64,000 bases of DNA from an uncultured Gemmatimonadales bacterium (GTDB lineage Bacteria > Gemmatimonadota > Gemmatimonadetes > Longimicrobiales > RSA9). Positions 29,084 through 38,661 of the stretch are shown one piece after another. A program made the translations under genes and the position numbers. Numbering within the stretch: position 1 is the stretch's first letter; each line of letters opens with the position of its first letter. The stretch lies in the NCBI GenBank assembly GCA_963783305.1, contig CAWAMW010000007.1, positions 128,001-192,000 of the forward strand. The letters are read 5' to 3'. The notes under the pieces were generated by a model. The model worked only from the letters and a program-made list of their open reading frames with translations, was not told the origin of the DNA and made no database searches.

Positions 29084-30144
29084 TGATGTGGAACAGAGGC
29101 ATACTGCCGGTCCTGATCGTGGCCGGTGTCATGGGAGCGTGCGGAGGCGAGCCGGAGCACGCGCCGGATACAGCCACCGAGTCTGTCGCGGCAGCGGGAG
29201 TCGATTGGACGGTCCGTGACACGTTGATCGCCTCGGCCTTCGAGGCGTCCGGCGTGGCGCGACCCGTTGCGCACGCAACCCTCTCGACCAAGCTCATGGG
29301 GCAGGTGGTGGAGGTTTCGGTCCACGAGGGCGACCGCGTGGCCCGCGGAGCGCCGTTGATCCGGATCGATGCGTCGGACCTCGCGGCCCGACGCGCGCAG
29401 GTGGAAGCGTCGATCCGGGAGGCCGCGGCCGTGGTCGCCGAGGCGGAGACCCAGGCGGGCCGCATGCGCGCCCTCTATGACCAGGACGCGGCGCCGAAAG
29501 TTCAGCTGGACGCGGCGGAGACCGGCCTCGAGCGCGCCCGCGCCCGAATGGCCACGGCACGGGCGGCGGCCGCGGAGGTGGACGCCACCGCCCGCTATGC
29601 CGTTATACGGGCGCCGTTCCCGGGACTTGTTGCGTCCCGGATGGTGGATCCGGGCGACTTCGCGGCGCCGGGAGCCCCCATGGTGACCGTGCTGGACGCG
29701 CGCCGGCTGCGCGTCACGGTCACGGCTGCGCCTGATGCGGTCGCCGGCATCAGGCGCGGGGACACCGTCCAGGCCCGGATCGAGGGCCGCGCCGCGGTGG
29801 CGGTGGTGGAGGGCGTGGCGCCGAGCGCCGCGGGGAACCTGTACACCGTGAACGCTATCGTGGAGAACGATGGCGAACGATTCCTGCCCGGGTCGGCCGC
29901 GACCCTCGAGCTCCCGCAGGGGAGCCGTCAGGCGATCCTCATCCCGGAGGGCGCGCTCGTTCGACAGGGCGATCTGACCGGCGTCCGCGTGCGCACCGCC
30001 GAGGGCTCCACGCTCCGCTGGGTGCGCCTGGGCGGGGCCGCCCGCGACGGCATGGTCGAGGTCGCGGCGGGACTCCAGGCCGGTGACGTGATCCTGGTAC
30101 CCGATAGCGCCGACGTGGTCGCGCGCAACGGCGAGGGGGCTTGA
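29083..30144 (+). CDS. RND efflux periplasmic adaptor (MFP), lipoprotein
   Basis: Lipobox MGAC, VHEGDRV, IRAPFPG, IPEGALV, GLQAGD. Confidence 0.9.
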   Translation: MMWNRGILPVLIVAGVMGACGGEPEHAPDTATESVAAAGVDWTVRDTLIASAFEASGVARPVAHATLSTKLMGQVVEVSVHEGDRVARGAPLIRIDASDLAARRAQVEASIREAAAVVAEAETQAGRMRALYDQDAAPKVQLDAAETGLERARARMATARAAAAEVDATARYAVIRAPFPGLVASRMVDPGDFAAPGAPMVTVLDARRLRVTVTAAPDAVAGIRRGDTVQARIEGRAAVAVVEGVAPSAAGNLYTVNAIVENDGERFLPGSAATLELPQGSRQAILIPEGALVRQGDLTGVRVRTAEGSTLRWVRLGGAARDGMVEVAAGLQAGDVILVPDSADVVARNGEGA

Positions 30145-33100
30145 TGGGCATATCCGGCCGCATCGCCCGGGCCTTCCTCCAGTCGAAGCTGACGCCACTG
30201 GTGACCGTGGCGGCGCTGGTGCTGGGGGCCATCGGCATGATCGCCACACCCCGCGAGGAGGAGCCGCAGATCTCGGTGCCCATGATCGACGTGATCGTCG
30301 GGATGCCGGGGGCCGCGCCTGCCGAGACCGAGAATCTGCTGGTACGTCCGCTCGAGAAGCGGATGTACGAGATCCCGGGCGTCGACCATGTGTACAGTGT
30401 CGCCGGCGACGGCTATGGCATGGTCACCGTCCGGTTCGACGTGGGCGAGGACCAGGAGGAGAGCATCACGAAGGTCCATGGCAAGCTGTTCAGCGTCATG
30501 GACGATGCGCCCCGTGGGGCCACGCAGCCGCTGGTGAAGCCGCACTCGATCGACGACGTCCCGATCGTCACCCTCACGCTCCACTCGGCCGCGTATGACT
30601 CCGATGCGCTGCGCCAGATCGCGTTGCACCTGGAGGACGAGGTACGCGCCCTGGAGGACGTCGCCCAGACGTTCATCGTGGGCGGCGAGCCGAAGCAGAT
30701 CACCGTGACCCTGGACCCCGCGCGGCTGGCCGCCCGCGGCGTCACCCCCGGAGAGGTCTCCATGGCGCTGGATGGCGCCAACGCACGGCTCCAGGCCGGC
30801 GACTTCGCCGCCGCGAACCAGGTGTACCGCGTCGACATCGGAGCGCCGCTCGCTACGCCGGGCGAGGTGGGGGCGGTGGTCGTCACGAGCCGGGGAGGCG
30901 GTCCCGTGTACGTGCGGGATGTGGCCGATATCCGTTCCGGCTACGGCGAGCGCGAAAGCTACGTCTTCCACGCCGAGAGTGGGGGCGACCCGGAGAACGC
31001 GGTCACGCTGGCAGTGGCCAAGCGCGCGGGCGCCAACGCTACGGTGCTCTCGGACGAGATCCTGGAGCGAGTCGCGCAGGCGCGTGATCGGATCATCCCG
31101 GCGGCAGTGGACGTGGAGGTGACGCGCAACTACGGCGAGACCGCCGGTGAGAAGGCGGGGGAACTCATCTTCCACCTGCTCGTGGCCACCCTCTCCGTCA
31201 CGCTCCTCATCGGGATCTTCCTGGGGTGGCGGGAGGCGCTCGTGGTGCTGGTGGCGGTCCCGGTAACCCTGGCGCTCACACTCTTCGTTTACTACGCGTT
31301 CGGCTACACGCTGAATCGGATCACGCTGTTCGCCCTGATTTTCTCCATCGGGATCCTGGTGGATGACGCCATCGTGGTGGTGGAGAACATCTATCGTCAC
31401 CTCAAGATGGGCGACCGCGCCCCGGATGTGGCGGCGGTAGAGGGAGTGGATGAAGTCGGGAATCCCACCATCCTCGCCACGTTCACGGTGATCGCGGCCA
31501 TCCTGCCGATGGCCGTGGTCTCCGGGATGATGGGGCCGTATATGCGCCCGATCCCGGTGGGCGCGTCCGTGGCCATGCTGGCGTCCCTGGCGGTGGCGTT
31601 CGTCGTCACGCCGTGGCTCGCCTTCAAGCTCCTGCGGGGGCATGTGGGTCAGCACACGGAGCGGCCCGATCGTGCGCACGAGCCGGAGGAGGAGGGTCGC
31701 TTCTCCCACCTCTACGGCCGGATCATGAACCCGCTCATCGAGCGGAAGCGGCTCCGCTGGGCCACCTACGCGGGGGTCCTGCTGCTCCTGGCAGCCTCGA
31801 TCTCGCTGGTGTTCGTTCGGGCCGTCCAGGTGAAGATGCTCCCCTTCGACAACAAGTCCGAGTTCCAGGTGATCCTGGACCTGCCCGAGGGGAGCACGCT
31901 GGAGACGAGTCAGGCGGTCGCGCACGACATCGCCGGCTACCTGCGCTCGGTGCCGGAGGTCGAGACGACGCAGGTGTACGCCGGTACCGCGTCGCCGTTC
32001 AACTTCAACGGACTCGTCCGGCACTACTTCATGCGCAGCGGCCCCAACGTGGCCGACATCCAGGTCAACCTGGCCCCCAAGCATCACCGGGACCGCCAGA
32101 GCCACGACATCGCCGTGGCCGTGCGGCCCGGCGTCGATTCCATCGCCCGGCTCTATGACGCGCGCGCAAAGGTGGCGGAGATCCCTCCGGGGCCGCCGGT
32201 CCTTTCCACGCTCGTAGCCGAGGTGTACGGTCCGGACGAGGCGACTCGCCTGGCCAGCGCCACGCGCGTCATGGAGATTTTCGAGACCACCGAGGGCGTG
32301 GTCGACGTGGACTGGACGGTGGAGGCGGGCGAGGCCAAGCACACGTTCCGGGTGGACCGGGCGCGCGCTGCCGCGGCCGGTGCATCGGTGGAGCAGATCA
32401 CCCGTACCGTCTATCTCGCGCTATCCGGCAGCTCCGCCGGCGTGGCTTCATCCGCGAATGCCCGTGAGGGGGTCCAGATCGTGCCGCGCCTGGCCCTGGC
32501 CGATCGCTCGTCGCTCGAGAGCCTCCTGGCGATCCCCGTCGCCACGGCCACCGGACCTCAGCCGCTGGGCCGGTTCGCCTCCATCCGGACCGCGCCGCGG
32601 GAGGGGAGTCGGCACCGCCGCGACCTGAGGTCCGTGGTCTATGTCACCGCGGATGTGGCGGGCACGGTCGAGTCCCCGGTGTACGCGATCCTCGCCATGA
32701 ACGACCGACTGGAGGAGGCCGGGATCGCCGTCTACAACGCCCGGCAGCCGGACCGGCTGGACGAGGTGGCGATCAAGTGGGATGGCGAGTGGCAGGTGAC
32801 CATCGAGGTCTTCCGGGATCTCGGCCTCGCGTTCGCCGTGGTCCTCCTCCTGATCTACGTGCTGGTGGTGGGCTGGTTCCAGTCCTTCACGATCCCACTG
32901 GTCATCATGGCGCCGATCCCGCTCACGCTGGTCGGGATCCTGCCAGGACACGCCCTGAGCGGCGCCTTCTTCACCGCGACCTCCATGATCGGGATGATCG
33001 CCCTCGCCGGGATCATTGTCCGCAACTCGATCCTCCTCGTGGACTTCATTCAGCTGGCGCAGGCGCGCGGACGCACGTTGCGCGAGGCGGTGCTCGAAGC

Positions 33101-33368
33101 GGGCGCCGTGCGGTTCCGGCCCATCGCCCTGACCGCCGCGGCCGTCATGGTGGGCGGCATGGTCATGGTCCTCGACCCCATCTTCGAGGGCCTCGCTGTC
33201 GCGATGATCAGCGGCGCGCTGGCGGCCACAGTCCTCACCATGGTGGTGGTCCCGCTCCTGTACTGGGAGCTCCTCAACCGACAGAACCCTGAAACCGAAC
33301 ACGACCATGAAACTCCTGATGATCATCTACAGCGGCATGAGCCCCAGCCGGATCTCGTCCCTCTTTGA
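30144..33368 (+). CDS. RND efflux transporter permease (AcrB/CusA superfamily)
   Basis: TPREEEPQISVP, GILVDDAIVVVENIYRH, IIVRNSILLVDF, RFRPIALT. Confidence 0.93.
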   Translation: MGISGRIARAFLQSKLTPLVTVAALVLGAIGMIATPREEEPQISVPMIDVIVGMPGAAPAETENLLVRPLEKRMYEIPGVDHVYSVAGDGYGMVTVRFDVGEDQEESITKVHGKLFSVMDDAPRGATQPLVKPHSIDDVPIVTLTLHSAAYDSDALRQIALHLEDEVRALEDVAQTFIVGGEPKQITVTLDPARLAARGVTPGEVSMALDGANARLQAGDFAAANQVYRVDIGAPLATPGEVGAVVVTSRGGGPVYVRDVADIRSGYGERESYVFHAESGGDPENAVTLAVAKRAGANATVLSDEILERVAQARDRIIPAAVDVEVTRNYGETAGEKAGELIFHLLVATLSVTLLIGIFLGWREALVVLVAVPVTLALTLFVYYAFGYTLNRITLFALIFSIGILVDDAIVVVENIYRHLKMGDRAPDVAAVEGVDEVGNPTILATFTVIAAILPMAVVSGMMGPYMRPIPVGASVAMLASLAVAFVVTPWLAFKLLRGHVGQHTERPDRAHEPEEEGRFSHLYGRIMNPLIERKRLRWATYAGVLLLLAASISLVFVRAVQVKMLPFDNKSEFQVILDLPEGSTLETSQAVAHDIAGYLRSVPEVETTQVYAGTASPFNFNGLVRHYFMRSGPNVADIQVNLAPKHHRDRQSHDIAVAVRPGVDSIARLYDARAKVAEIPPGPPVLSTLVAEVYGPDEATRLASATRVMEIFETTEGVVDVDWTVEAGEAKHTFRVDRARAAAAGASVEQITRTVYLALSGSSAGVASSANAREGVQIVPRLALADRSSLESLLAIPVATATGPQPLGRFASIRTAPREGSRHRRDLRSVVYVTADVAGTVESPVYAILAMNDRLEEAGIAVYNARQPDRLDEVAIKWDGEWQVTIEVFRDLGLAFAVVLLLIYVLVVGWFQSFTIPLVIMAPIPLTLVGILPGHALSGAFFTATSMIGMIALAGIIVRNSILLVDFIQLAQARGRTLREAVLEAGAVRFRPIALTAAAVMVGGMVMVLDPIFEGLAVAMISGALAATVLTMVVVPLLYWELLNRQNPETEHDHETPDDHLQRHEPQPDLVPL

Positions 33369-33597
33369 GTCCCATCATGTGGCGGGATGGACGGAGCTCG
33401 ATCACGCCCACGGCGCCGGTGCCACGGGACGACGGGAGGGCACGCGCGCGTGGCCGGGTGAGTCGTCGCTCTTCTTCACCGCCACCGATGACGACCGGAT
33501 CGCCGATCTGACCCACGCCCTCCGCGAAGAAAAGGAGCGGCTCGAGGAAGGGGAGCGGCTGCACGTGATGACGCTCCCCGTGGACAACTTCTTCTAG
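33307..33597 (+). CDS. Small P-II-like transporter-associated protein
   Basis: 96 aa, MKLLMIIY start, GxGxTG..GTRAWPG motif, ends xLPV; follows the RND gene. Confidence 0.65.
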   Translation: MKLLMIIYSGMSPSRISSLFESHHVAGWTELDHAHGAGATGRREGTRAWPGESSLFFTATDDDRIADLTHALREEKERLEEGERLHVMTLPVDNFF

Positions 33598-33609
33598 AAA
33601 GGATCCTGA

Positions 33610-33843
33610 ATGTCAATTCACTACAAGATCCGGCTCATCGCCGGTACGTTCATCCTTGTGAGCCTGGCCCTCGGGTGGCTGGTTCACCCCGCCTGGTTCC
33701 TGTTCACCGCCTTCGTTGGGGTGAACCTCGTCCAGTCGGCCTTCACCCGCTGGTGTCTCATGGAGACGATCCTTGTTCGCACCGGCATCCACCGACCCGA
33801 GCAGATGCCCGCCGCCGCACCGGTGGTGCGCGCGGAGCCGTAG
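33610..33843 (+). CDS. DUF2892 (YgaP-like) two-TM membrane protein
   Basis: IRLIAGTFIL...FTAFVGVNLVQSAFTRWC. Confidence 0.85.
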   Translation: MSIHYKIRLIAGTFILVSLALGWLVHPAWFLFTAFVGVNLVQSAFTRWCLMETILVRTGIHRPEQMPAAAPVVRAEP

Positions 33844-33960
33844 CGCACGCGGGAGATCCGGCGCTTGCACGCGCCGGGGGTTCGGATCATACTCCCCTTC
33901 CGGGGCGTTCGGTTTCCGTCCGCCGCGGCCTTTCAATCTGCCGACGGAGGCTCGAGACGC

Positions 33961-34902
33961 GTGGGCCGAACTCCCATTCTAGGGCATCCGGGGCCGGCCC
34001 GGCGATCGGGCGTGAGCGCGGCCGCCGGCGCGCTCGGCCTGGCCGTGCTGTCTCTGAGCGCGTGCTTCACGGCCCCGCCCGAGCCGCCCCCTTCGCCCGA
34101 TGGGGTGTTCTTCACCGGCGCCGGCGACATCGCGCAATGCGACACGGGTGGAGCGGAGGTCACAGCCCGGCTACTGGACCGCATCCCCGGCCTGGTCTGG
34201 ACGACCGGTGACAACGCCTATCCTTCCGGGAGCGCTGCGGACTTCGATCTCTGCTACGATCCCACGTGGGGCCGGCACCGCGATCGGACCCGGCCCACCC
34301 CTGGCAACCACGAGTACTGGACGCCGGGCGCGCTCCCTTACTTCCGCTACTTCGGGGATGCCGCGGGCACGGCGGGCGAGGGGTGGTACAGCTACACCTA
34401 CGGCGGATGGCGGATCATCGCGCTGAACAGCAACGTGGAAACCGGTTGGGAATCGCCCCAGCTCCGCTGGCTCCGGCAGGAGCTGAGCGAGGACCCCCGT
34501 CGCTGCACGCTCGCCTACTTCCACCATCCCCTCGTCAGCTCCGGCGCTCACGGCGACCAGCGCGACGCGGCGGAGTACGGCGATGTCCGGCCCTTCTGGA
34601 TCCTGCTCTACGCGGCGGGCGCGGACGTGGTTCTGAATGGTCACGACCACCACTACGAGCGCTTCGCGCCCCTCACTCCTGAGGGCACCATCGACCGTGT
34701 TCGGGGTGCGCGCCAGTTCATCGTGGGGACCGGCGGCGGAGCCCTGAGGCGTCGCGGACCGACGCTTCACCCGGCCAGCGAGCAGGTGCGCGACGGCACT
34801 TACGGGGTCCTGAAACTGGAGCTGGGGAACGGCCGCTACGGCTGGGAGTTCATGGACGCAAAAGGCAGGGTGGTCGACAGCGGAGACGATGTCTGCCACT
34901 GA
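33961..34902 (+). CDS. Secreted calcineurin-like metallophosphoesterase (probable lipoprotein)
   Basis: GAGDIA, GDNAY, GNHEY, HHP, GHDHHYER; lipobox LSAC. Start uncertain. Confidence 0.85.
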   Translation: MGRTPILGHPGPARRSGVSAAAGALGLAVLSLSACFTAPPEPPPSPDGVFFTGAGDIAQCDTGGAEVTARLLDRIPGLVWTTGDNAYPSGSAADFDLCYDPTWGRHRDRTRPTPGNHEYWTPGALPYFRYFGDAAGTAGEGWYSYTYGGWRIIALNSNVETGWESPQLRWLRQELSEDPRRCTLAYFHHPLVSSGAHGDQRDAAEYGDVRPFWILLYAAGADVVLNGHDHHYERFAPLTPEGTIDRVRGARQFIVGTGGGALRRRGPTLHPASEQVRDGTYGVLKLELGNGRYGWEFMDAKGRVVDSGDDVCH

Positions 34903-34926
34903 GGCGGCTTCGGGCCTCCGCTGAGG

Positions 34927-36135
34927 TCAGGAGGACGCCGCACGCCTGTCCGCGAAATCCACTCCTGTCTCGCCCTCGCTATCCTTCGTGCCCGCCTGGG
35001 ACCGGCCCTCCGCTTCGGCCGCGCGGGCCCGTAGCTCGGGCAGGTCGTCGCCGTTGTCCTCCCTGAAGATATGCGCGATCGGGGGTGGCGCGCCGTCGAC
35101 CTGGAGCTTCCCGGCGGCGTGCACAGCCAACAGGCCTTCCACCACTTCCGGGTTGAAGAACCGACCGTCCAGGGTTTGGATCTCCTGTATGGCCTCCTCC
35201 ACGGTCCAGGCGCGTTTGTACGGACGCTCATGCGTGAGCGCATCGAACACGTCCGCGGCGTGGACGATCTGCGCCGCTCGAGGGATCAGCTCCCCCTCCA
35301 TTCTCATGTAGCCCGAGCCGTCCCAGTTCTCGTGATGGTACAGGGCAATCTCCTCCGAGAGCTGGAGGACGGGGAACTTGCTCCCGGCAAGGATCCCGGC
35401 CCCGATCGACGCGTGCTTCTTCATTTCGTCGAACTCCTCAGCCGTCAGCTTGCCCGGCTTCAGGAGGATGCCATTGGGGATGCCGATCTTGCCCACGTCG
35501 TGGAGCGGGGCCGCACGGCGCAGGAGCACCACCTCCGTGTCCGCCAGTCCCATCTCACGGGCGATGATGGCCGACATGTGGCCGACGCGCTGGGCGTGGT
35601 GGCCCGTCTCGTCATCGCGATACTCCGCCGCGCGCGCGAGCCGCTCGAGGATCTCTATCTGTGCGCGCTCCAGCTCCCGCGTCCGCTCCGAGACCTTGCC
35701 CTCGAGCGTCATGTTCTGGTCCTGCAGCTGACGGTAATAGTGCCGCGTCTGAAGCAGGTTCTTGATGCGCAGCACTACCTCGGCCGGGTCCACCGGCTTC
35801 GTCAGGAAGTCCTTCGCACCCGCCGAGAGCGCCCGCTGGCGTGCCTGCGGCGTGATGTCGGCCGTCAGGACCAGGATCGGGACGAAGTCGTTGGTGGAAA
35901 TCCGGCCCTCGATCTGCTCCATGACCGCGAACCCGTCCAGACCGGGCATGTGCAGGTCGAGGAGCAGGATATCGGGCTGCCGGCCCGTGTAGCGGGCGAG
36001 GACCTGCCGGGGGTCGGTCGTGCTCTCGATGTCACAAAAACCCTCGCGCTGAAGGATCCTCTCGAGGAGACGGACATTCGCTGGCTCGTCGTCGACGATC
36101 AGGATCCGGGCGTCGAGATATTCGTCTTCGAACAT
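34927..36135 (-). CDS. Response regulator with HD-GYP c-di-GMP phosphodiesterase domain (RpfG-like)
   Basis: REC (IVDDE, LDLHMP, TKP), ETGHH, LHDVGKIGIP, HHENWDGSGY, ADVFDAL..RPYK. Confidence 0.92.
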   Translation of the reverse strand: MFEDEYLDARILIVDDEPANVRLLERILQREGFCDIESTTDPRQVLARYTGRQPDILLLDLHMPGLDGFAVMEQIEGRISTNDFVPILVLTADITPQARQRALSAGAKDFLTKPVDPAEVVLRIKNLLQTRHYYRQLQDQNMTLEGKVSERTRELERAQIEILERLARAAEYRDDETGHHAQRVGHMSAIIAREMGLADTEVVLLRRAAPLHDVGKIGIPNGILLKPGKLTAEEFDEMKKHASIGAGILAGSKFPVLQLSEEIALYHHENWDGSGYMRMEGELIPRAAQIVHAADVFDALTHERPYKRAWTVEEAIQEIQTLDGRFFNPEVVEGLLAVHAAGKLQVDGAPPPIAHIFREDNGDDLPELRARAAEAEGRSQAGTKDSEGETGVDFADRRAASS

Positions 36136-36141
36136 GGATTC

Positions 36142-38100
36142 TCAGTTCTCGAGGACGTCGTCCACGATCCGTAGGAACTCCTGCACGTCCAGCGGCTTCG
36201 GAAGGTATGCCTGCGCCCCCGCATCCAGAAGGCGCTCAACCTGGTTGCTGGTCACATCCGCGCTGATGATAACCACGGGAGTGCGGGAGATGACAGCGTC
36301 CTCCCGGATCCGGCGCAGCACTTCGGAGCCGTGGATGTCGGGAAGGTGCAGGTCGAGCAGGATCAGATCCGGCTGCCTGTCCCGCGCGATATCCAGGCCG
36401 ATCCCTCCCTGGATGGCAGTCAGAAGTTCCACGTTGGGGCGCCGCGCCAGGACGCGTTCCACGAGCTTGAAGTTGGACGGGTTGTCCTCAATGTACAGAA
36501 TGGTGCACTCCCGTCTCGAGCCCTCCGAGCCGGTCTCCTGCGGCAGCTGGGCCACGGCAGGCGAAGTCGGGAACGACCGTGACTCGTCGACGGGGAGCTC
36601 GAACCAGAACGTGCTCCCGGCGCCTTCCGTGCTCTCCGCCCCGATCTCGCCATCCATGGCCTCTACGAGTCCCCGCGAGACCGCGAGCCCTATCCCCGTC
36701 CCCTCGATGGCGGTTCGCTCGGCGCCCAACCGCTCGAACGGTGTGAACAGTCGACCCAGAGCCTCCGCGGGGATCCCGTGCCCCGTGTCCCGGACAGCGA
36801 TCCGCAGGCGATTGCTCCCCGTCACCCCGCTCCCGCACGTGACCTCGATCGTGCCCTCGTCCGAGTTGTACTTCACCGCGTTCGAGAGCAGATTCAGCAA
36901 TACCTGCTTGAGCCGTTGACGGTCCGCGGTCACCATCGCTTTGCACGTGGATGGCCCCCCGTTCACCAGCTTGACGCCGGACCGCTCGGCGCGGTGCCGT
37001 ACCAGCTCCCACGCTTCCGCCGCGACTTCGCTCACCTCGATCGGCTCGAGGGAGAGGGTCATCCGTCCCGCCTCGATTCGCGCGATGTCCAGCACCTCGT
37101 CCACCAGCGCCAGCAGGTGGCGACCGGCCTTGAGTATCTGCTCCACACTCTCGCGCTGGTCGGGGTCCAGAGCGTCCATCTCCAGCAGCTGCGCGAAGCC
37201 CAGGATGGCGTTCAGCGGCGTACGCAGCTCATGGCTCATGCGGCTCAGGAAATCGCTCTTGGCTCGGTTCGCCCGCTCCGCGTCCTCCTTTGCACGCTTC
37301 AGGACGTGCTCGAGCTGCTTCCGCTCCGTCACGTCCCGCACCACGCCGGTGAAGATGTGCTGATGGTTCTTGACATACTCGCCGAACGAGATCTCCAGCG
37401 CGATCTCCCGATGCCCCTTGGTCAACCCCGCGATCTGGAGCGCGTACTCGGGATTGCTCGTCACCACCGTGTCCAGGTACTGCTGCAGCGCCGCGTCGTG
37501 GTCCGCCCTCACGCGCTCGGGGATCAGCATTTCGAACGGCTGTCCAACCATGTCCGTTATGGTCAGTCCGAAGATCTTCTCCGCCGCCCGGTTCGCGAAG
37601 AGGATATTTCGGTTCTGGTCGATGGTGATGATCCCGTCGGACGCGCTCTCGGCCACGAACCGGTAGCGCTCCTCGCTCTCCCGCCGCGCCTCCTCGACTT
37701 CGGTCCGGGCCAGGAACTCTCGTCGCATCTGGTCCGCGATGTCGCGGAGCCCGCCCAGCACCGCACCCAGCACCACCAGCAGGATCGACGGCAGCAGCTC
37801 GTCGTCCTGCATCTGGCTCATGACCGTCCCGAACGTCTCCTGGGTCACCAGCGCGAAGAGGAACGCGTTGAACGGGATGATGACCACCGCCGCGGCAACC
37901 CCGCCCCAGAAGCCGAACAGCCACGCAAACACCACGATCGGCGCGGCCGCCAGCTCCGCGATCCGGTAATCCTCCGGCGTGAACGGCGGGATGAACGCCA
38001 GGATGTAGGCGGCCATGGCGGCCACCGCCAGCCCGAGCTTGATCCAGTTGGTGTCCTCGTTTCCCTGGAAGGAATTGAAGAACCGTCGGGAGAATTTCAT
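36142..38100 (-). CDS. Membrane hybrid sensor kinase (TM-PAS-HisKA-HATPase-REC)
   Basis: FLSRMSHELRTPLNAI H-box, NLLSNAVKYN, DTGHGI, GTGIGL, C-terminal REC. Start uncertain. Confidence 0.92.
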   Translation of the reverse strand: MKFSRRFFNSFQGNEDTNWIKLGLAVAAMAAYILAFIPPFTPEDYRIAELAAAPIVVFAWLFGFWGGVAAAVVIIPFNAFLFALVTQETFGTVMSQMQDDELLPSILLVVLGAVLGGLRDIADQMRREFLARTEVEEARRESEERYRFVAESASDGIITIDQNRNILFANRAAEKIFGLTITDMVGQPFEMLIPERVRADHDAALQQYLDTVVTSNPEYALQIAGLTKGHREIALEISFGEYVKNHQHIFTGVVRDVTERKQLEHVLKRAKEDAERANRAKSDFLSRMSHELRTPLNAILGFAQLLEMDALDPDQRESVEQILKAGRHLLALVDEVLDIARIEAGRMTLSLEPIEVSEVAAEAWELVRHRAERSGVKLVNGGPSTCKAMVTADRQRLKQVLLNLLSNAVKYNSDEGTIEVTCGSGVTGSNRLRIAVRDTGHGIPAEALGRLFTPFERLGAERTAIEGTGIGLAVSRGLVEAMDGEIGAESTEGAGSTFWFELPVDESRSFPTSPAVAQLPQETGSEGSRRECTILYIEDNPSNFKLVERVLARRPNVELLTAIQGGIGLDIARDRQPDLILLDLHLPDIHGSEVLRRIREDAVISRTPVVIISADVTSNQVERLLDAGAQAYLPKPLDVQEFLRIVDDVLEN

Positions 38101-38661
38101 CGTACGCATGACTCCGGGAACCGGGGACATTCGGCTGCAGGAGAGGAGGGTGTGGGCAGCGCTCGCGCGGGGGTGACAGCGCGGTCGCCCCTGACCCACT
38201 GGATCCCGTCCTGGGGCTTCATCATATCCATGGCTGTGAACTTCCCGAGCCGAGGAAAGATCGGCTCGCGGGACGCCGGGGAGACCTGCTGGCGAGGCAA
38301 GAAGATAGAAACGGTACGATTTCGAAGCAAGGCGTACGGGCCGCCGTGCTGCCGCGCCGTCCGCAAGCGAACCGGGGGGAGTCCGGTGCGGCAGTCACCA
38401 CGCATCGCCCGCGTGCGCAGAACAGACCTGGCGTCCGGTCGTCGCTCCCGCGTCCGTACGACGCGTGTGCCCGGCAGCGGTCCGGCGTCTGGCAGACGGG
38501 GATCTCGCGCCGCGGAGAGCGGGCTCCCGGACCCGGCCCGGGGTGCAGTGCCGGCCGGCTCGCCGTTGACAACCGCGCGGCGCGCCGTCACCTTTTCCCG
38601 TCTTTGGCAGGATCGCGGGTTCCACGCCCGTACCAAGCAATCACGGAGAGAACAGCGACCA

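Noticed and set aside
27409..34902. Genomic island integrated at the tRNA
   Set aside because: No integrase, no duplicated tRNA 3' end that I could find, and codon style matches the host.
38200..38560. c-di-GMP riboswitch between the kinase and secD
   Set aside because: There is a hairpin (CGAGCCGA-GGAAAGA-TCGGCTCG) and a GGGACGC, but the rest of the class I consensus is missing and it faces away from the signalling genes.
36778..38661. Long N-terminal extension of SecD (and of ThrS, 54881-55888)
   Set aside because: Open-frame artefacts overlapping other genes; family homology starts at 38662 and 55889.
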